From contig CBFFRQ010000056.1 in the NCBI GenBank assembly GCA_965644315.1, positions 372,001 through 436,000 on the forward strand: a stretch of 64,000 nucleotides of DNA, given 5' to 3'. Positions 1-11,080 of the stretch are shown one piece after another. This DNA comes from Caecitellus pseudoparvulus. Its lineage: Eukaryota; Protista; Bigyra: Bicosoecida. Each line of letters begins with the position of its first letter. Positions within the stretch are counted from its first letter, which is position 1. The position numbers and the translations under genes were made by a program. The notes below the pieces were generated by a model. That model was not told the DNA's origin, ran no database searches, and saw nothing but the letters and a program-made list of their open reading frames with translations.

Positions 1-536
1 TGTGCAGACTGGCCTCCCCTGACACGGCACCCCCGAGTGATGCCCCTTCACAAAGACTAGGCCCTCCTTTCACTGGCGGGTGCACAGAGCGGGAAAATGT
101 ATACAAGTCGTGTGTTTGAGCCACATCGAGGGCGCAATGGGCGGGTGCGGTTGAGGCTGCCGCCGGACTACCGCACCAAATTTACCAGGACTCCACAGAA
201 GCGGCGGTCTCAGAACTTCTGTTCTCGCCTACATTCAAACGATTGAGGCAGCAGGGGATGCTGGCCCGCGGCGCGCCCATAAGACGGGGCCTACCGGCAC
301 ACCTTGGTTCGCACTGAATCTAGGGCAGGCAGGCCATTCATGGAAAAGGCCTCCACGCAACCGGCACAAAGCACTGATACATGGAGCGAGAAAACCTAGG
401 AAATCATTGCCAACCAGTGCCCGGCACGCTCTGGCACAGTGAAGCACACTGCACAAACTCTGAAACGCGAAACGCAGCGATGCTTAGGCTATGCGACCAA
501 AGCAGACGCTCACATCCAGCCTCTGCCAGCAGGTTC

Positions 537-1516
537 ATGCGGCTAGAGTTCTTTCTTTTAATCCTTTTCAGCTTGCTTTTCCACCCTTGCGAGGCTTGGA
601 ACGCCAGCTCCTTGCGGGACAGCTTGCCCATGTCCGTCGGCGCGGCGCAGACGCACAACACCTTCCAAGTCCAGAAACAAAGCGAAAACGCAAGCCCAGG
701 GGTAGATGAGTACTCAGGGAAGCTGTGGCAGCACTATACAAGTGGAGGGGTTCCACCCTCGTGGGCTGTTGCCTTGTACTTCCACGTCGATGCCATACTG
801 CTGAGTGACGACTTGCTTATCTCGCTGGCTGACCAAGAGGCTCTCATGTTTGGCACCATGAACGGCATGAAGTTCCCTCCAGCATGCAGCGCATACGTCA
901 GTCTGTTTGACAAAGAAAGCAAGTCTGCAGTACAAGTGGTGCCGTCTCTCCCTGCATTCTCTGCCTGGCAGCAGCTGGATGCGGCTGCTTTGAGTCACTC
1001 TGCTGCCCTGCTGGACCCCGCCAGGCGGCGAAGGAACGCAAAGCTTGAAGTGCTGTTAATCTTTGAGGAAGAGCGAGATGCTAGCACGTACCTGCAGCAT
1101 GTGAAGGCTGCCCATCCGGAAATGCCTCACTTCACGCACGAGCTACGCAGCCAATGGCGAGAGTTCCTGGTGTCAGCCAGGGTGCTGAGCAGAGAGGAGC
1201 CCAGAAAGCTTCAAGTTATCTTGCAGCACACATGCCAACCTCAGATCTGCGTCAACGTGACAAGTGCCGAGTTCATGTGGGAGCCCCCCCCCGGTCAAGT
1301 TCCTTTTCGGCTGCACAAGCCCTGCTGCGACGCATGGACGACACACTTGATATGGATCTGTGGCTCCGTCCCCGTGGGGCTCCTTGCAGCATACTTGGCC
1401 TCCGCCTTCACAAAGGACGGGATCGGTGCGAGTCAGGTGTCTTCTCAGAGGATGCAAACGGCTGGTGTCGTGCCCCTGCCTCCATTCTTGCAGCATCAGG
1501 CCCACTTGCAACTTGA
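537..1516 (+). CDS. Uncharacterised secreted/single-pass membrane protein (one probable intron ~1427-1493)
   Basis: Long ORF 381-1580. ATG 537 gives a hydrophobic signal peptide (MRLEFFLLILFSLLFHPCEA) and there is a TM-like segment near the end (HLIWICGSVPVGLLAAYLASAF). A GTGCGA...TTGCAG intron leads to TGA at 1516. Confidence 0.5.
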
Positions 1517-1831
1517 GCCTCAACAGCAGATGGCACGCGACCGGCGACCAGGAGCACGAAGGGCAGTCCAGGGCCGCTAACGCCAAAAGGGGGGTGTGCC
1601 ACACTGCCCTTGACCAGGCAAGTGTGGAGCACCACGTGTTGAAGCTTGCAAAACTCTTCTATCCGCTGTTGATCGACGCCAACCCGACGGGCTCTGGGGG
1701 TCATTCAAGCCAACCCCCCACTCAGTCGCCCCCTTCGCACACAACACAGCCAGGAGGTAGAAGAATGCATCAGCTCGTGCACCTGGGCGAGCTGCGCGTT
1801 CCCGACCCCTTCCCACTCTGCTCTTGGCTCT

Positions 1832-3307
1832 ATGGCAGCAACAACTCAGGCAGATGCTGCCAGCCTCGTGGCAGGCATAGCCCAGGGTGACGCCAGCGAA
1901 GGAGCCTACCATGAAAAGTATGTGAAGATTGGCAAGCTGGGAGAAGGAACGTACGGGGTTGTGTACAAGGCGCATGACCGGACCACTGATGAATACGTGG
2001 CACTAAAGCGCATGCGCATGGAGGTAAGCCCTGCCCAGCACGGTTTGAACGGGCATCTCGGCACACCATGCCCTGTGCCCTGCACAGGCATGGTCAGAGG
2101 GCGTCCCGGCAACTGCCATGAGGGAGATCAGTGTTCTCAAGGAAGTCGCCCACCCCAACGTCGTGCAGTGCGTGCCCTGGTGCACGAAATACCTCGCCAC
2201 TCTGAACCCGCCCAACTGCGACTTGGACCGCAGACTCAAAGACGTCTTTGTGAGCTACAGCGGGAACCTGTACATGGTATTCGAGCTTTGCGACCGAGAC
2301 CTACGAGCCTACTTGGACACATGTCGGTCAACGGGCATGCACCCTCACCTTGTGCGAGTAAGTCGAAGATGAGCCCTTGTCTGCCGTTTCAACTTGAAAC
2401 GCCTACCCCCCACATGTGTGTACGAGCTCCATTGCGAATACACATCGCGCTGGGTGCTTCACAGGCGTACATGTACCAGTTGGTGAACGGTGTTGATGCT
2501 TGCCACCGTCACCGCACGATTCATCGCGACATCAAGCCACAGAACATCCTGCTGAATGATGATGGGTGGCTCAAACTGGCAGACTTCGGGCTGGCCCGCA
2601 CTTTTTCCGTCCCGCTCCGAAGGTACACGCACGAAGTGGTCACGCTTTGGTACCGTGCCCCGGAAATCCTCCTTGGTTTGGAGCGGTACAGCGCCGCTGT
2701 GGATTCCTGGAGCATCGGATGCATCTTTGCCGAGATGGCGGCGGGCAGGCCCCTGTTCATGGGGGACTCGGAGATCGACCAGCTCTTCAAAATCTTCAGA
2801 CTGCTAGGGACGCCGACAGAGGTGACGTGGCCTGGTGTCAGCAAGCTGAAGGACTTCCAAGGCTCATTCCCGCGATGGCCGGCCAAGGGCCTTGGAGCTG
2901 CGTTTGATAAACTCGGGCCGGACGGGGTAGATTTGCTCACCAAACTGCTCACGTACGACCCCAGCCAGCGCATCACCACGGCTGAAGCGCTCATCCACCC
3001 GTACTTCACCAACCATTTGCCCAACATGAACAAGGGCGTGATCACACAGGCACCAGAGTTTCTTAGTGGGGTCGTCGCTGCAGCTTGCGCGACTGGGGTG
3101 GTTGTCCCCCCACAAAAGTCCAAGAAGCGCCCTGCTTCGACAGTGCCGGCAGTGCCCACGGATGGGGCCCCAGCTGCCGCAGGTGGCGCGGAGAACACGG
3201 CTCCCACGTTGGCAGCCGCACAGCTTCATTCTCAACCAGCTGGCCAGGGAGGTCATGCTGCTGCCTCAAGGGCAGGTCACAGCAAGGCTCCAAGGCGAGG
3301 GGAATGA
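1832..3307 (+). CDS. Cyclin-dependent kinase, CDK1/CDKA-like (introns 2024-2087, 2168-2233, 2358-2464)
   Basis: Spliced product has GEGTYG, VALK, EGVPATAMREISVLKE (PSTAIRE-like), HRDIKPQN, DFGLAR, YTHEVVTLWYRAPE and GDSEIDQ. Confidence 0.95.
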   Translation: MAATTQADAASLVAGIAQGDASEGAYHEKYVKIGKLGEGTYGVVYKAHDRTTDEYVALKRMRMEVSPAQHGLNGHLGTPCPVPCTGMVRGRPGNCHEGDQCSQGSRPPQRRAVRALVHEIPRHSEPAQLRLGPQTQRRLCELQREPVHGIRALRPRPTSLLGHMSVNGHAPSPCASKSKMSPCLPFQLETPTPHMCVRAPLRIHIALGASQAYMYQLVNGVDACHRHRTIHRDIKPQNILLNDDGWLKLADFGLARTFSVPLRRYTHEVVTLWYRAPEILLGLERYSAAVDSWSIGCIFAEMAAGRPLFMGDSEIDQLFKIFRLLGTPTEVTWPGVSKLKDFQGSFPRWPAKGLGAAFDKLGPDGVDLLTKLLTYDPSQRITTAEALIHPYFTNHLPNMNKGVITQAPEFLSGVVAAACATGVVVPPQKSKKRPASTVPAVPTDGAPAAAGGAENTAPTLAAAQLHSQPAGQGGHAAASRAGHSKAPRRGE

Positions 3308-3697
3308 GTGTTCCTGGTCCACTCGCACTCCTGCGTGCGGCACTGAGCCTTGCCTTGTGCGCAGAGCCCACAGCGTGCGGTTCATGGAAGAGGATTCATT
3401 GGTTAAGCGGAATTCAATGTCAGCGATATCCCTTGGGCAAACGCGTATCACCCTTCCCGCTCGGCAAAGACTGCTGTCCCCGCTGATGCGCTGCTGAGCG
3501 GGCCACATTCTTTACTCGCCGCCAGCAGTGGCCCTTCACTTCTCACTCAACAGAGTGAACACCTTATCTTGTCGCTCTGCAGGCAACAAGCACGTGCACT
3601 GCAACATCAGCAGTGCACTCCCTCCCTGCTGGTTGCAGAGACGTCAATCAGGGATGTGTTTTGCACAGCGTTTCGTGGGCGTTTCGTGGGCAGCACC

Positions 3698-5251
3698 ATG
3701 ACCCCATCCTTCGCCCGTGGCGCCTGCCGAGCTGAACGGGGCCGCTTTGTGCTGGCATCTTTTGCATCTTTGTGTTGCATTTTCATGCTGTCTGTTGTGC
3801 TGCTGGCCTCCAGCCTTCCCCAAATGACGAAGCAGGTCAAGCAAGTTGCCCGGAAGGCCCACAGCGATTTAGTAGGCTTGGCGAGCAATCTTGCGACAAA
3901 GGCTGAAATGAGCGTGCTCTCGTGTTCGTTCTTCATCCTTCCAACTGTCCAACTCCAGGGCGCAGCAGAAGCTGACATCATGTGGGCAGTAAGCGGCTGC
4001 CAAGGCTCTCAGGCAGAAGTGCACGTTTGGGAGGAGCATAGCAGTTCATTGCCGACGGTGATTCGAGTGCCTGCCCGCCTGCAACACAACAACTCGTCCG
4101 TAAAGGTGTTTCGAGCCGCCAACGTCTCCATGGGCTCGTCAGCGTTTGCTTACGAAGTGCAGCATACAGCCCCCAGGCCACTGCCAGCGCTCCGATCAAG
4201 AGGTGCCACCAAGGATGTTGTGTTGAGCAGCGACAAAATGACCGTCAAAATGCCAAGAGCGGAAGTCAGCACCCACTCGGAGGCTTGCATTGGCTTGGTA
4301 AGTGACAGTCAGTACGGTGCAGGCACCTTGCGTGAACTGGTGTGGAACTTCGAGAACCTGGGAGCGTGGCCTGCCCCACATCGCACTTCACCAGGGCCTG
4401 GTACACCACTTGAGGTTATCGAGCCACAACCTCTGCCAGCACTGTGTGGGAGAAGTCAGAACCTGGACCTGCTGGTGCACGGTGGGGACTTTGTCCACGA
4501 GGGGGGCATGACGGAGTGGCAGCAGTACGCCTGGAGCCCCATGCACGACAACGGCTTCTTGTCCTCCATCCCGCTCTTAGCCACAGTAGGCAACCATGAC
4601 GTTGCTGCCAAGGTGCCTACCGCTGAAATGCTGGGTGTTTCTGGGGCCCGCTTGGCAGAAGAAATGCTGGGACGGGGGGTCATGACGTGCGCAAGCGTCT
4701 CTGTTGGTCCCATCTTCTTGGTGACAGTTAACAGCCTCACAGACAACTCGCACTGCCTAGACATTGAGTTGTCCAGCTCCCAGGCGCAGGGTGCAGCATT
4801 TCGCGTGCTGATCACACACGTGCCACCTTATGTTGAGTTTTGGGAACCCCAGGCTTGGGAGGCGAAGGGGGAAAAGCACCAAGCCGACCTTTCCAGGGAA
4901 GTGTACCTTCCCATCGCCAAACGCACGAGAGTTGACCTCTTCATTGCGGGCCACTCCCACGTCTACCAACGCTCTTCTGCAACAAGTACACCGCTGCAGT
5001 TGCCCGTTCTCGCGACGATTGGCGGCGGCGGAGGAAACCTTGAAGACTTGTCACGTGCTGGCAGAGTTGCAGACACTGGTATTTTCGCCGTGACCAAGGC
5101 TTCCTTCCACAGTGTAGTACTGCACGCGTCGGTGAAGGAAGGTGGAGAGAGCCTCCTGGAATGGGTTGCTCTCTCACAGGAGATGGAGGTTCTGGATTCG
5201 TTTACCATTTCAGCTGCTCGGACAGGTGTGCAAATCTCATCAGCGCCCTAA
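3698..5251 (+). CDS. Membrane-anchored calcineurin-like metallophosphoesterase (purple-acid-phosphatase-like)
   Basis: N-terminal TM, then metal-binding motifs SDSQ, GGDFV, GNHD, HVPPY and GHSHVY. Confidence 0.85.
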   Translation: MTPSFARGACRAERGRFVLASFASLCCIFMLSVVLLASSLPQMTKQVKQVARKAHSDLVGLASNLATKAEMSVLSCSFFILPTVQLQGAAEADIMWAVSGCQGSQAEVHVWEEHSSSLPTVIRVPARLQHNNSSVKVFRAANVSMGSSAFAYEVQHTAPRPLPALRSRGATKDVVLSSDKMTVKMPRAEVSTHSEACIGLVSDSQYGAGTLRELVWNFENLGAWPAPHRTSPGPGTPLEVIEPQPLPALCGRSQNLDLLVHGGDFVHEGGMTEWQQYAWSPMHDNGFLSSIPLLATVGNHDVAAKVPTAEMLGVSGARLAEEMLGRGVMTCASVSVGPIFLVTVNSLTDNSHCLDIELSSSQAQGAAFRVLITHVPPYVEFWEPQAWEAKGEKHQADLSREVYLPIAKRTRVDLFIAGHSHVYQRSSATSTPLQLPVLATIGGGGGNLEDLSRAGRVADTGIFAVTKASFHSVVLHASVKEGGESLLEWVALSQEMEVLDSFTISAARTGVQISSAP

Positions 5252-5704
5252 TGCACCCCAACTGCCCTCCACCGTCTGCGTGGCGAGTACGCCTGTCGAA
5301 CTTGCGGATCAGGTCGGCTTCGCAGCGAGCCATGGAGCGGCTCTCTTGCACACCCAACACACACCACGCAAACACATTCCACAACACTCACACGCCCAGT
5401 CTCTGACATTGGCAGCGGTTTGTGCCCTTCCGCTCCGCCCCTGCAGACACAAGCAGTCGGCATCGACGCTGACTTCCCGCCAATCTGGAGAGTAACAACC
5501 AGTGGCGCATTGCAACGCTTACAGACACCAGCGAGACTTGCCGGGGAATTCGACTGGCCAACCACGGCGCATTTTTCCATTGTGACCACCCGGTCCGCTG
5601 ATTTTGCTCTTCAATTCCGCCAAGGCTTCGTTGCGGCGCCCTCCTCGCGAGCGTTTCACGTGCGTTGAGGAAGGTTGGACTTGACTTGCCTGAACAGGTC
5701 TGGC

Positions 5705-8700
5705 ATGTCTTCAGCAGCTTTCCCTCCACCACCATCATCCACACCTCCAAAACGGTCCAATTTGGTTCCTGGAGAAAGCCGACGCATCGGGGCCTTGCCT
5801 GGCGTTCAGCATGGCCGTGGGAGCGGGCACACTGGCCTCCCTTCACCTCCTCGGGCCCCAGCGCCACCTGGACCACCTTCTGCTGCCAACCCCCCGCCAC
5901 CACCGCAACCACCGCCTCCCCCTGCGACATCAATTTCCAAAAATGGCTCAGTAGTTGCTTCACGCCGTCCCAGCAAGCGCCTGCCTCCGCCACCATCTGC
6001 TCAAGCCCCGCCCCCTCCACGCGTGAGCAAAGCCGCGCAACACAGGACTGCGCGGCCACCCCCAAACTCAGACTTGAGTCAAATGGCAGCTGCAAAGCGG
6101 GAAGCAGAGCGAAAGGCAGCGGAGGAAGAAGTGCAGCGTCGAAGCAGACTCACGCGGGAACAACTAGAGGCCGAAGACGCTGAGCTCCTCGCTAAAGCGG
6201 AGCACGAGAAGAAACAGAAACGGCTCCTGGAGGGCTCTTCCATGTCGCTTTATCGAAGCAAAAAGCCTTCAGCACGAGGAAGGGGCAGAGGCAAGTCTAC
6301 GGGCACCCCCAGACAGCCTGCCCGGGGCACGCAAAACAAGAAGGTGCCGCCCAGTGCCGGTCCGCCCAAGGCGCCACCCAGTGCCGGTCCGCCCAAGGCG
6401 CCGCCCAGTGCTGCACCATCAGCGACACCACCCAGTGCCGGTCCGCCCAAGGTGCCACCCAGTGCTGGTCCGCCCAAGGTGCCACCCAGTGCTGCACCAT
6501 CAGTGACACCACCCAGTGCTGGTCCGCCCAAGGCGCCGCCCAGTGCTGCACCATCAGCGACACCACCCAGTGCCGGTCCGCCCAAGGCGCCGCCCAGTGC
6601 CGGTCCGCCCAAGGCGCCGCCCAGTGCTGCACCATCAGCGACACCACCCAGTGCCGGTCCGCCCAAGGCGCCGCCCAGTGCCGGTCCGCCCAAGGCGCCG
6701 CCCAGTGCCGGTCCGCCCAAGGCGCCGCCCAGTGCCGGTCCGCCCAAGGCGCCGCCCAGTGCTGGTCCGCCCAAGGCGCCACCCAGTGCTGCACCATCAG
6801 CGACACCACCCAGTGCTGGTCCGCCCAAGGTGCCGCCCAGTGCTGCACCATCAGCGACACCACCCAGTGCTGGTCCGCCCAAGGCGCCACTCAGTGCTGG
6901 TCCGCCCAAGGCGCCACCCAGTGCTGGTCCACCCAAGGTGCCACCCAGTGCCGGTCCGCCCAAGGCGCCGCCCAGTGCCGGTCCGCCCAAGGCGCCACCC
7001 AGTGCTGGTCCACCCAAGGCGCCGCCCAGTGCTGCACCATCAGCGACACCACCCAGTGCCGGTCCGCCCAAGGCGCCGCCCAGTGCTGGTCCGCCCAAGG
7101 CGCCGCCCAGTGCTGGTCCGCCCAAGGCGCCACCCAGTGCTGCACCATCAGCAACACCACCCAGTGCTGGTCCGCCCAAGGCGCCACCCAGTGCTGGTCC
7201 GCCCAAGGCGCCGCCCAGTGCAGGTCCGCCCAAGGCGCCGCCCAGTGCTGGTCCGCCCAAGGCGCCGCCCAGTGCTGCACCATCAGCGACACCACCCAGT
7301 GCCGGTCCGCCCAAGGCGCCGCCCAGTGCCGGTCCGCCCAAGGCGCCACCCAGTGCTGGTCCACCCAAGGCGCCGCCCAGTGCTGCACCATCAGCGACAC
7401 CACCCAGTGCTGGTCCGCCCAAGGCGCCGCCCAGTGCCGGTCCGCCCAAGGCGCCGCCCAGTGCCGGTCCGCCCAAGGCGCCACCCAGTGCTGCACCATC
7501 AGCGACACCACCCAGTGCCGGTCCGCCCAAGGCGCCACCCAGTGCTGCACCATCAGCGACACCACCCAGTGCAGGTCCGCCCAAGGTGCCGCCCAGTGCC
7601 GGTCCGCCCAAGGCGCCGCCCAGTGCCGGTCCGCCCAAGGCGCCACCCAGTGCTGGTCCGCCCAAGGCGCCGCCCAGTGCTGGTCCGCCCAAGGCGCCGC
7701 CCAGTGCTGGTCCGCCCAAGGCGCCGCCCAGTGCCGGTCCGCCCAAGGTGCCACCCAGTGCCGGTCCGCCCAAGGCGCCACTCAGTGCAGGTCGATCAGC
7801 AAAACAGTCAACTAAGCATTCAGTCAAGCAGAGTGGGCGGACCGAGCATCAGAAGCCAAAGAAGGCTCTTGGGGCTAGAAACCGCGATAGGAGGTCAAAA
7901 ACTGTTGGTTCCCGAGCTGTGTTTGCGCTTGCAGGCTTTTCAGACTCATCTGATAGCGAACACAGTGATTCGTCTGCAGATGTTGCTGGTTCAGCGCCTG
8001 CGGGCGCTGTACACTCACAGGCACGGCAAAGAAAGAAGCAAGAACCAAGCGCCAGTCAGGCTCCTTCACCAACTGACCAAGTTGGTAGTGAAGAGGGCAC
8101 GAGGAAGCAGTCAGCAGCATCGAGCGAGGCAGTCGATCAAGGAGGCCCCGCCCCAGCACCAAGCGGGAGGCGGCTGTCCATGTGGACAGGATCAGCTACC
8201 GCTCTCACGAAAGTCGAGAAAAATACCAGCCAACCAGACAAGCCACAAAGTCCTCCTGCACAGGGTGCGAAAGAGCGGAGCCAGGGCTCGCAGCCGGCCA
8301 GCCATGCTGCTGCCCAAGCATCGAGCGATGGAAGCGGTGACCAGGCTGTGGAAGACCGCAGCACCGTGTCAGCCATCATAGCGTCAGCGGCCGATGCAAG
8401 CAAGAACCTGCAGCGAAGAAGCCGTCATGTGCGGAGTGCAGATGGGCAGTTGTCACCCGATGAACCGCTCAATGCGCAGCCAAGCGTGAGTGACATGTCT
8501 GAGACTCAAGGGCTTGAACAGATCAGCGGACTGGATGACGATGTGGCAAGCGTGCGCTCAGATACCTCCTCAGCCTCTTTGCCGGCAGCAAGGGGCTCGT
8601 CACGCCTTGGGAGGCTTGCAAAGCTGTCGGCTAGACGGCGGCAGCAGGGTTCACCCGCTGCAGAGCCAAAGTCAAGGCTTGGAAAGGACTCAACGGGCAG

Positions 8701-9613
8701 GCCACGACCGAGCAGTTTGCAAACAGAGCAGCCAGCCTCGCCCCAGGCCCTGGCTCAGGCGATGGCTGCTCAGCTTACTGCTTCCTTTTCCGTGCGGAGG
8801 GCGCTCAGTGCAAAGCACGCAGCCGCTGCAGTGCAGGCAACCCCGGGAAGCTCAGCCCCAGCCTCCCCGATCGGCGAAGCAGTAGCCCAGCCGCTACAAG
8901 CAGCAGGAGTCCTCGTACGGCGGAAACTGGGGGACGCACACGTGAACGGCAGTCGGGTGAGCCAAGAGCAGAAGCATGAGCAGGCCCTGGCCACCGCGTT
9001 GAGCCAGACGCCTAGGGCCGGGCTGCGGCTTCAAGCTGCGAGGAAACGGCATGCAGCGGCTACTGCACAGTCGACAAGTGCCCTGCACACACCTGCGTCT
9101 CGGTCAACGTCCCCCCCACCGAGTGTGGCGGTTGTGCAGGTTGCTCGCTCGCGACCCGAGCTTGCTGGAGACTCGCCTCCGCAACGGCGCGTGCCGCGGA
9201 GCAACATGCCACAGTCCCTCTCCTTGCCTGCTGTCAGTGGTGGAGGTGCACCCAGCACTGCTTTGGCTGCAGACAGTCCCTCCAGCAGTGGGCGCTCAAG
9301 CCTCCAAGTTTCCAGCGAGCAGGAGCTTGCGCGCAAGCGTGCCTTGATGGCCAAGCTCGACTCACTGCGTTCAACACAGCAGGAGCTTCGTGGCAGCTTG
9401 GCAGCCCTGCAGCAGGAGTCGGCGTCTGTCCAGAAACGAGAGCAGGAAACACGCCAGCGCCTACTGACTGCCGCTGAGCACTTGGAGCGGTGGTCTGCAG
9501 CGGTGCATGAACAGCATGCGAGCTTGCTGCAACGTCTGATCCAAGCGGCGACCCAAGTTCACAACGCAGCTCAAAGCAGGAGGGGGCAAAGTGGCGTGCC
9601 GGCCATTTCTTAA
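5705..9613 (+). CDS. Large low-complexity Pro/Ser/Ala-rich protein with 9-aa tandem repeats and N- and C-terminal coiled-coil segments
   Basis: Uninterrupted ~1300-aa ORF: polyproline N-terminus, charged helix (AKREAERKAAEEE), (KAPPSAGPP)n array, and C-terminal heptads (LMAKLDSLRSTQQELRGSLAALQQE). Confidence 0.75.
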   Translation: MSSAAFPPPPSSTPPKRSNLVPGESRRIGALPGVQHGRGSGHTGLPSPPRAPAPPGPPSAANPPPPPQPPPPPATSISKNGSVVASRRPSKRLPPPPSAQAPPPPRVSKAAQHRTARPPPNSDLSQMAAAKREAERKAAEEEVQRRSRLTREQLEAEDAELLAKAEHEKKQKRLLEGSSMSLYRSKKPSARGRGRGKSTGTPRQPARGTQNKKVPPSAGPPKAPPSAGPPKAPPSAAPSATPPSAGPPKVPPSAGPPKVPPSAAPSVTPPSAGPPKAPPSAAPSATPPSAGPPKAPPSAGPPKAPPSAAPSATPPSAGPPKAPPSAGPPKAPPSAGPPKAPPSAGPPKAPPSAGPPKAPPSAAPSATPPSAGPPKVPPSAAPSATPPSAGPPKAPLSAGPPKAPPSAGPPKVPPSAGPPKAPPSAGPPKAPPSAGPPKAPPSAAPSATPPSAGPPKAPPSAGPPKAPPSAGPPKAPPSAAPSATPPSAGPPKAPPSAGPPKAPPSAGPPKAPPSAGPPKAPPSAAPSATPPSAGPPKAPPSAGPPKAPPSAGPPKAPPSAAPSATPPSAGPPKAPPSAGPPKAPPSAGPPKAPPSAAPSATPPSAGPPKAPPSAAPSATPPSAGPPKVPPSAGPPKAPPSAGPPKAPPSAGPPKAPPSAGPPKAPPSAGPPKAPPSAGPPKVPPSAGPPKAPLSAGRSAKQSTKHSVKQSGRTEHQKPKKALGARNRDRRSKTVGSRAVFALAGFSDSSDSEHSDSSADVAGSAPAGAVHSQARQRKKQEPSASQAPSPTDQVGSEEGTRKQSAASSEAVDQGGPAPAPSGRRLSMWTGSATALTKVEKNTSQPDKPQSPPAQGAKERSQGSQPASHAAAQASSDGSGDQAVEDRSTVSAIIASAADASKNLQRRSRHVRSADGQLSPDEPLNAQPSVSDMSETQGLEQISGLDDDVASVRSDTSSASLPAARGSSRLGRLAKLSARRRQQGSPAAEPKSRLGKDSTGRPRPSSLQTEQPASPQALAQAMAAQLTASFSVRRALSAKHAAAAVQATPGSSAPASPIGEAVAQPLQAAGVLVRRKLGDAHVNGSRVSQEQKHEQALATALSQTPRAGLRLQAARKRHAAATAQSTSALHTPASRSTSPPPSVAVVQVARSRPELAGDSPPQRRVPRSNMPQSLSLPAVSGGGAPSTALAADSPSSSGRSSLQVSSEQELARKRALMAKLDSLRSTQQELRGSLAALQQESASVQKREQETRQRLLTAAEHLERWSAAVHEQHASLLQRLIQAATQVHNAAQSRRGQSGVPAIS
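6341..7792 (+). repeat. Coding minisatellite, ~54 x 27-bp units (KAPPSAGPP / KAPPSAAPS / ATPPSAGPP variants)
   Basis: AAGGCGCCGCCCAGTGCCGGTCCGCCC is repeated in tandem, with interspersed GCTGCACCATCAGCGACACCACCCAGT variants. Confidence 0.97.
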
Positions 9614-9756
9614 GTTTCCTGCATCTTGAGTAGACTGTGGCAGCTCTGAGCGCAGTGTCATGCCCCATAGTGGCCCTCATTTATGCATTGGCACCCGCTG
9701 GGAGGCCACCACGTCACACGTTGCCGACCTGGACGGGCAAACGACTGTTGAGCAGC

Positions 9757-10878
9757 ATGGGACTGAAGTACTCCCTGCTCAGCACGCCAGCGTGGTACCT
9801 TGATGGTGTGAGGCGGTATGGCCATGCTGGCTTTACTGAAGCAGCAAAGCATTGGTACGCCCGATTGCGCTAATTGCGGGATGCTGGGGGCACAATTTCC
9901 GCACCTCGACAAGCTACCTTGTACAGGGACCCAGCACACCTACAAGGCGTGGACATGAGCGGCAAGCACGTGCTGATTACAGGTGCAAATTCTGGCATCG
10001 GCTTGGCAGCTGCTTCTAAGTTTGCGGAGATGAATGCCACAGTGCACCTGCTGTGCCGCAGTGAGACGCGGGGAGCAGATGCACGTGACAGCATCAAGGC
10101 AGCGAGCGGAAACCCAAATGTGCATCTTCACGTGGTGGATGTGTCTGACAAGGGATCAGTGGACGGCTTCGTGGCATCGTGGCTGGATGGGGGCCAAGCC
10201 ATCCATGCATACATCCACAACGCAGGCGTCCTGCCCAAGACGCGGCAGGAAACGGCTGAAGGCTTGGAGTTGGCATGGGCCACCATGCTGTGGGGTACAT
10301 ACTACATTCCGCAGAGACTGCACACCTGCCTGGCGGCGGCGGCCTCCGGCCCAGAGGGCCCTGCTCGAATCGTGCATGTTGGGAGCGGGGGGATGTACGC
10401 TGTGTACTTCGACTTGGACCAGTACAACTCCACGAAGGGCGCCTACGACGGAACGTGGGCCTACGGGAATGCCAAGCGGGCACAGGCGCTACTCACGGAG
10501 CGCCAAGCGGCTGAGTGGAAGAAGGATGGCATTCTAGTGTCCTGCGTCAACCCTGGCTGGGTGGACACGCCGGGCATTCGAAGGTCCCTGCCGGATTTCA
10601 ACTCTGGAGGAACGCTGCGGTCCCCCGAGCAGGGAGCAGATTCCATCGTGTGGCTGTGTGCTGCCCCCGCGGATGCTGGTCCGGCAGAGGCCTCAGGCAA
10701 GGTCGTCCTGGATCGACAGGTGGAGTCAGCACACACGTTCTGGAGGGACACGGTGGTGAACGACACCACCAAGACTGCACTGTGGGAGCTCTGCGATGAG
10801 CTAACGAATGGGCGGGGGCAAGGAGCTACCTCGGCGAGTGCGACTGCCGAGGCAGCGGCCGCAGCCAGTTCCCGATGA
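9757..10878 (+). CDS. DHRS12: Short-chain dehydrogenase/reductase, DHRS12-like (intron 9855-9926)
   Basis: Motifs ITGANSGIG, HNAG, SGGMY, YGNAK (YxxxK), NPGWVDTPG and LRSPEQGADSIVWL. The N-terminal exon reads WYLDGVRRYGHAGF. Confidence 0.85.
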
Positions 10879-11080
10879 GCATACTGGGCCCATACCGCTG
10901 CCAAGCTCGACAGCCGACAGCGCGTAGATGGGGCCATTCTTCAATGCATGGAATCACTGTGGGGCGCTTGGTGCATGTATGCATGGGGTTTGGTGCTTTG
11001 CTGTCTGGAAGGGTGCTTAGTACCCCGTGGTGAAGAGTACTGGGAGAAAGAGCCGACGCAGTGTTGCACGCGACACTGGC

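Noticed and set aside
1-380. 3' end of an upstream gene
   Set aside because: Several short open frames but none identifiable without upstream sequence.
5248-5589. Possible small Cys-rich gene on the minus strand (with a GTAAGC...TGCAG intron-like stretch)
   Set aside because: No consistent frame or recognisable domain; the Cys/Val richness may derive from a CA-rich tract.
6341-7792. CRISPR-like array
   Set aside because: Units are contiguous with no unique spacers, lie in a coding frame, and the context is eukaryotic with no cas genes.
6250-8381. Long alternative-frame and antisense ORFs over the minisatellite (525, 621, 296 aa)
   Set aside because: Explained by a repeat unit without stops; only the 5705-9613 frame extends with sensible sequence on both sides.
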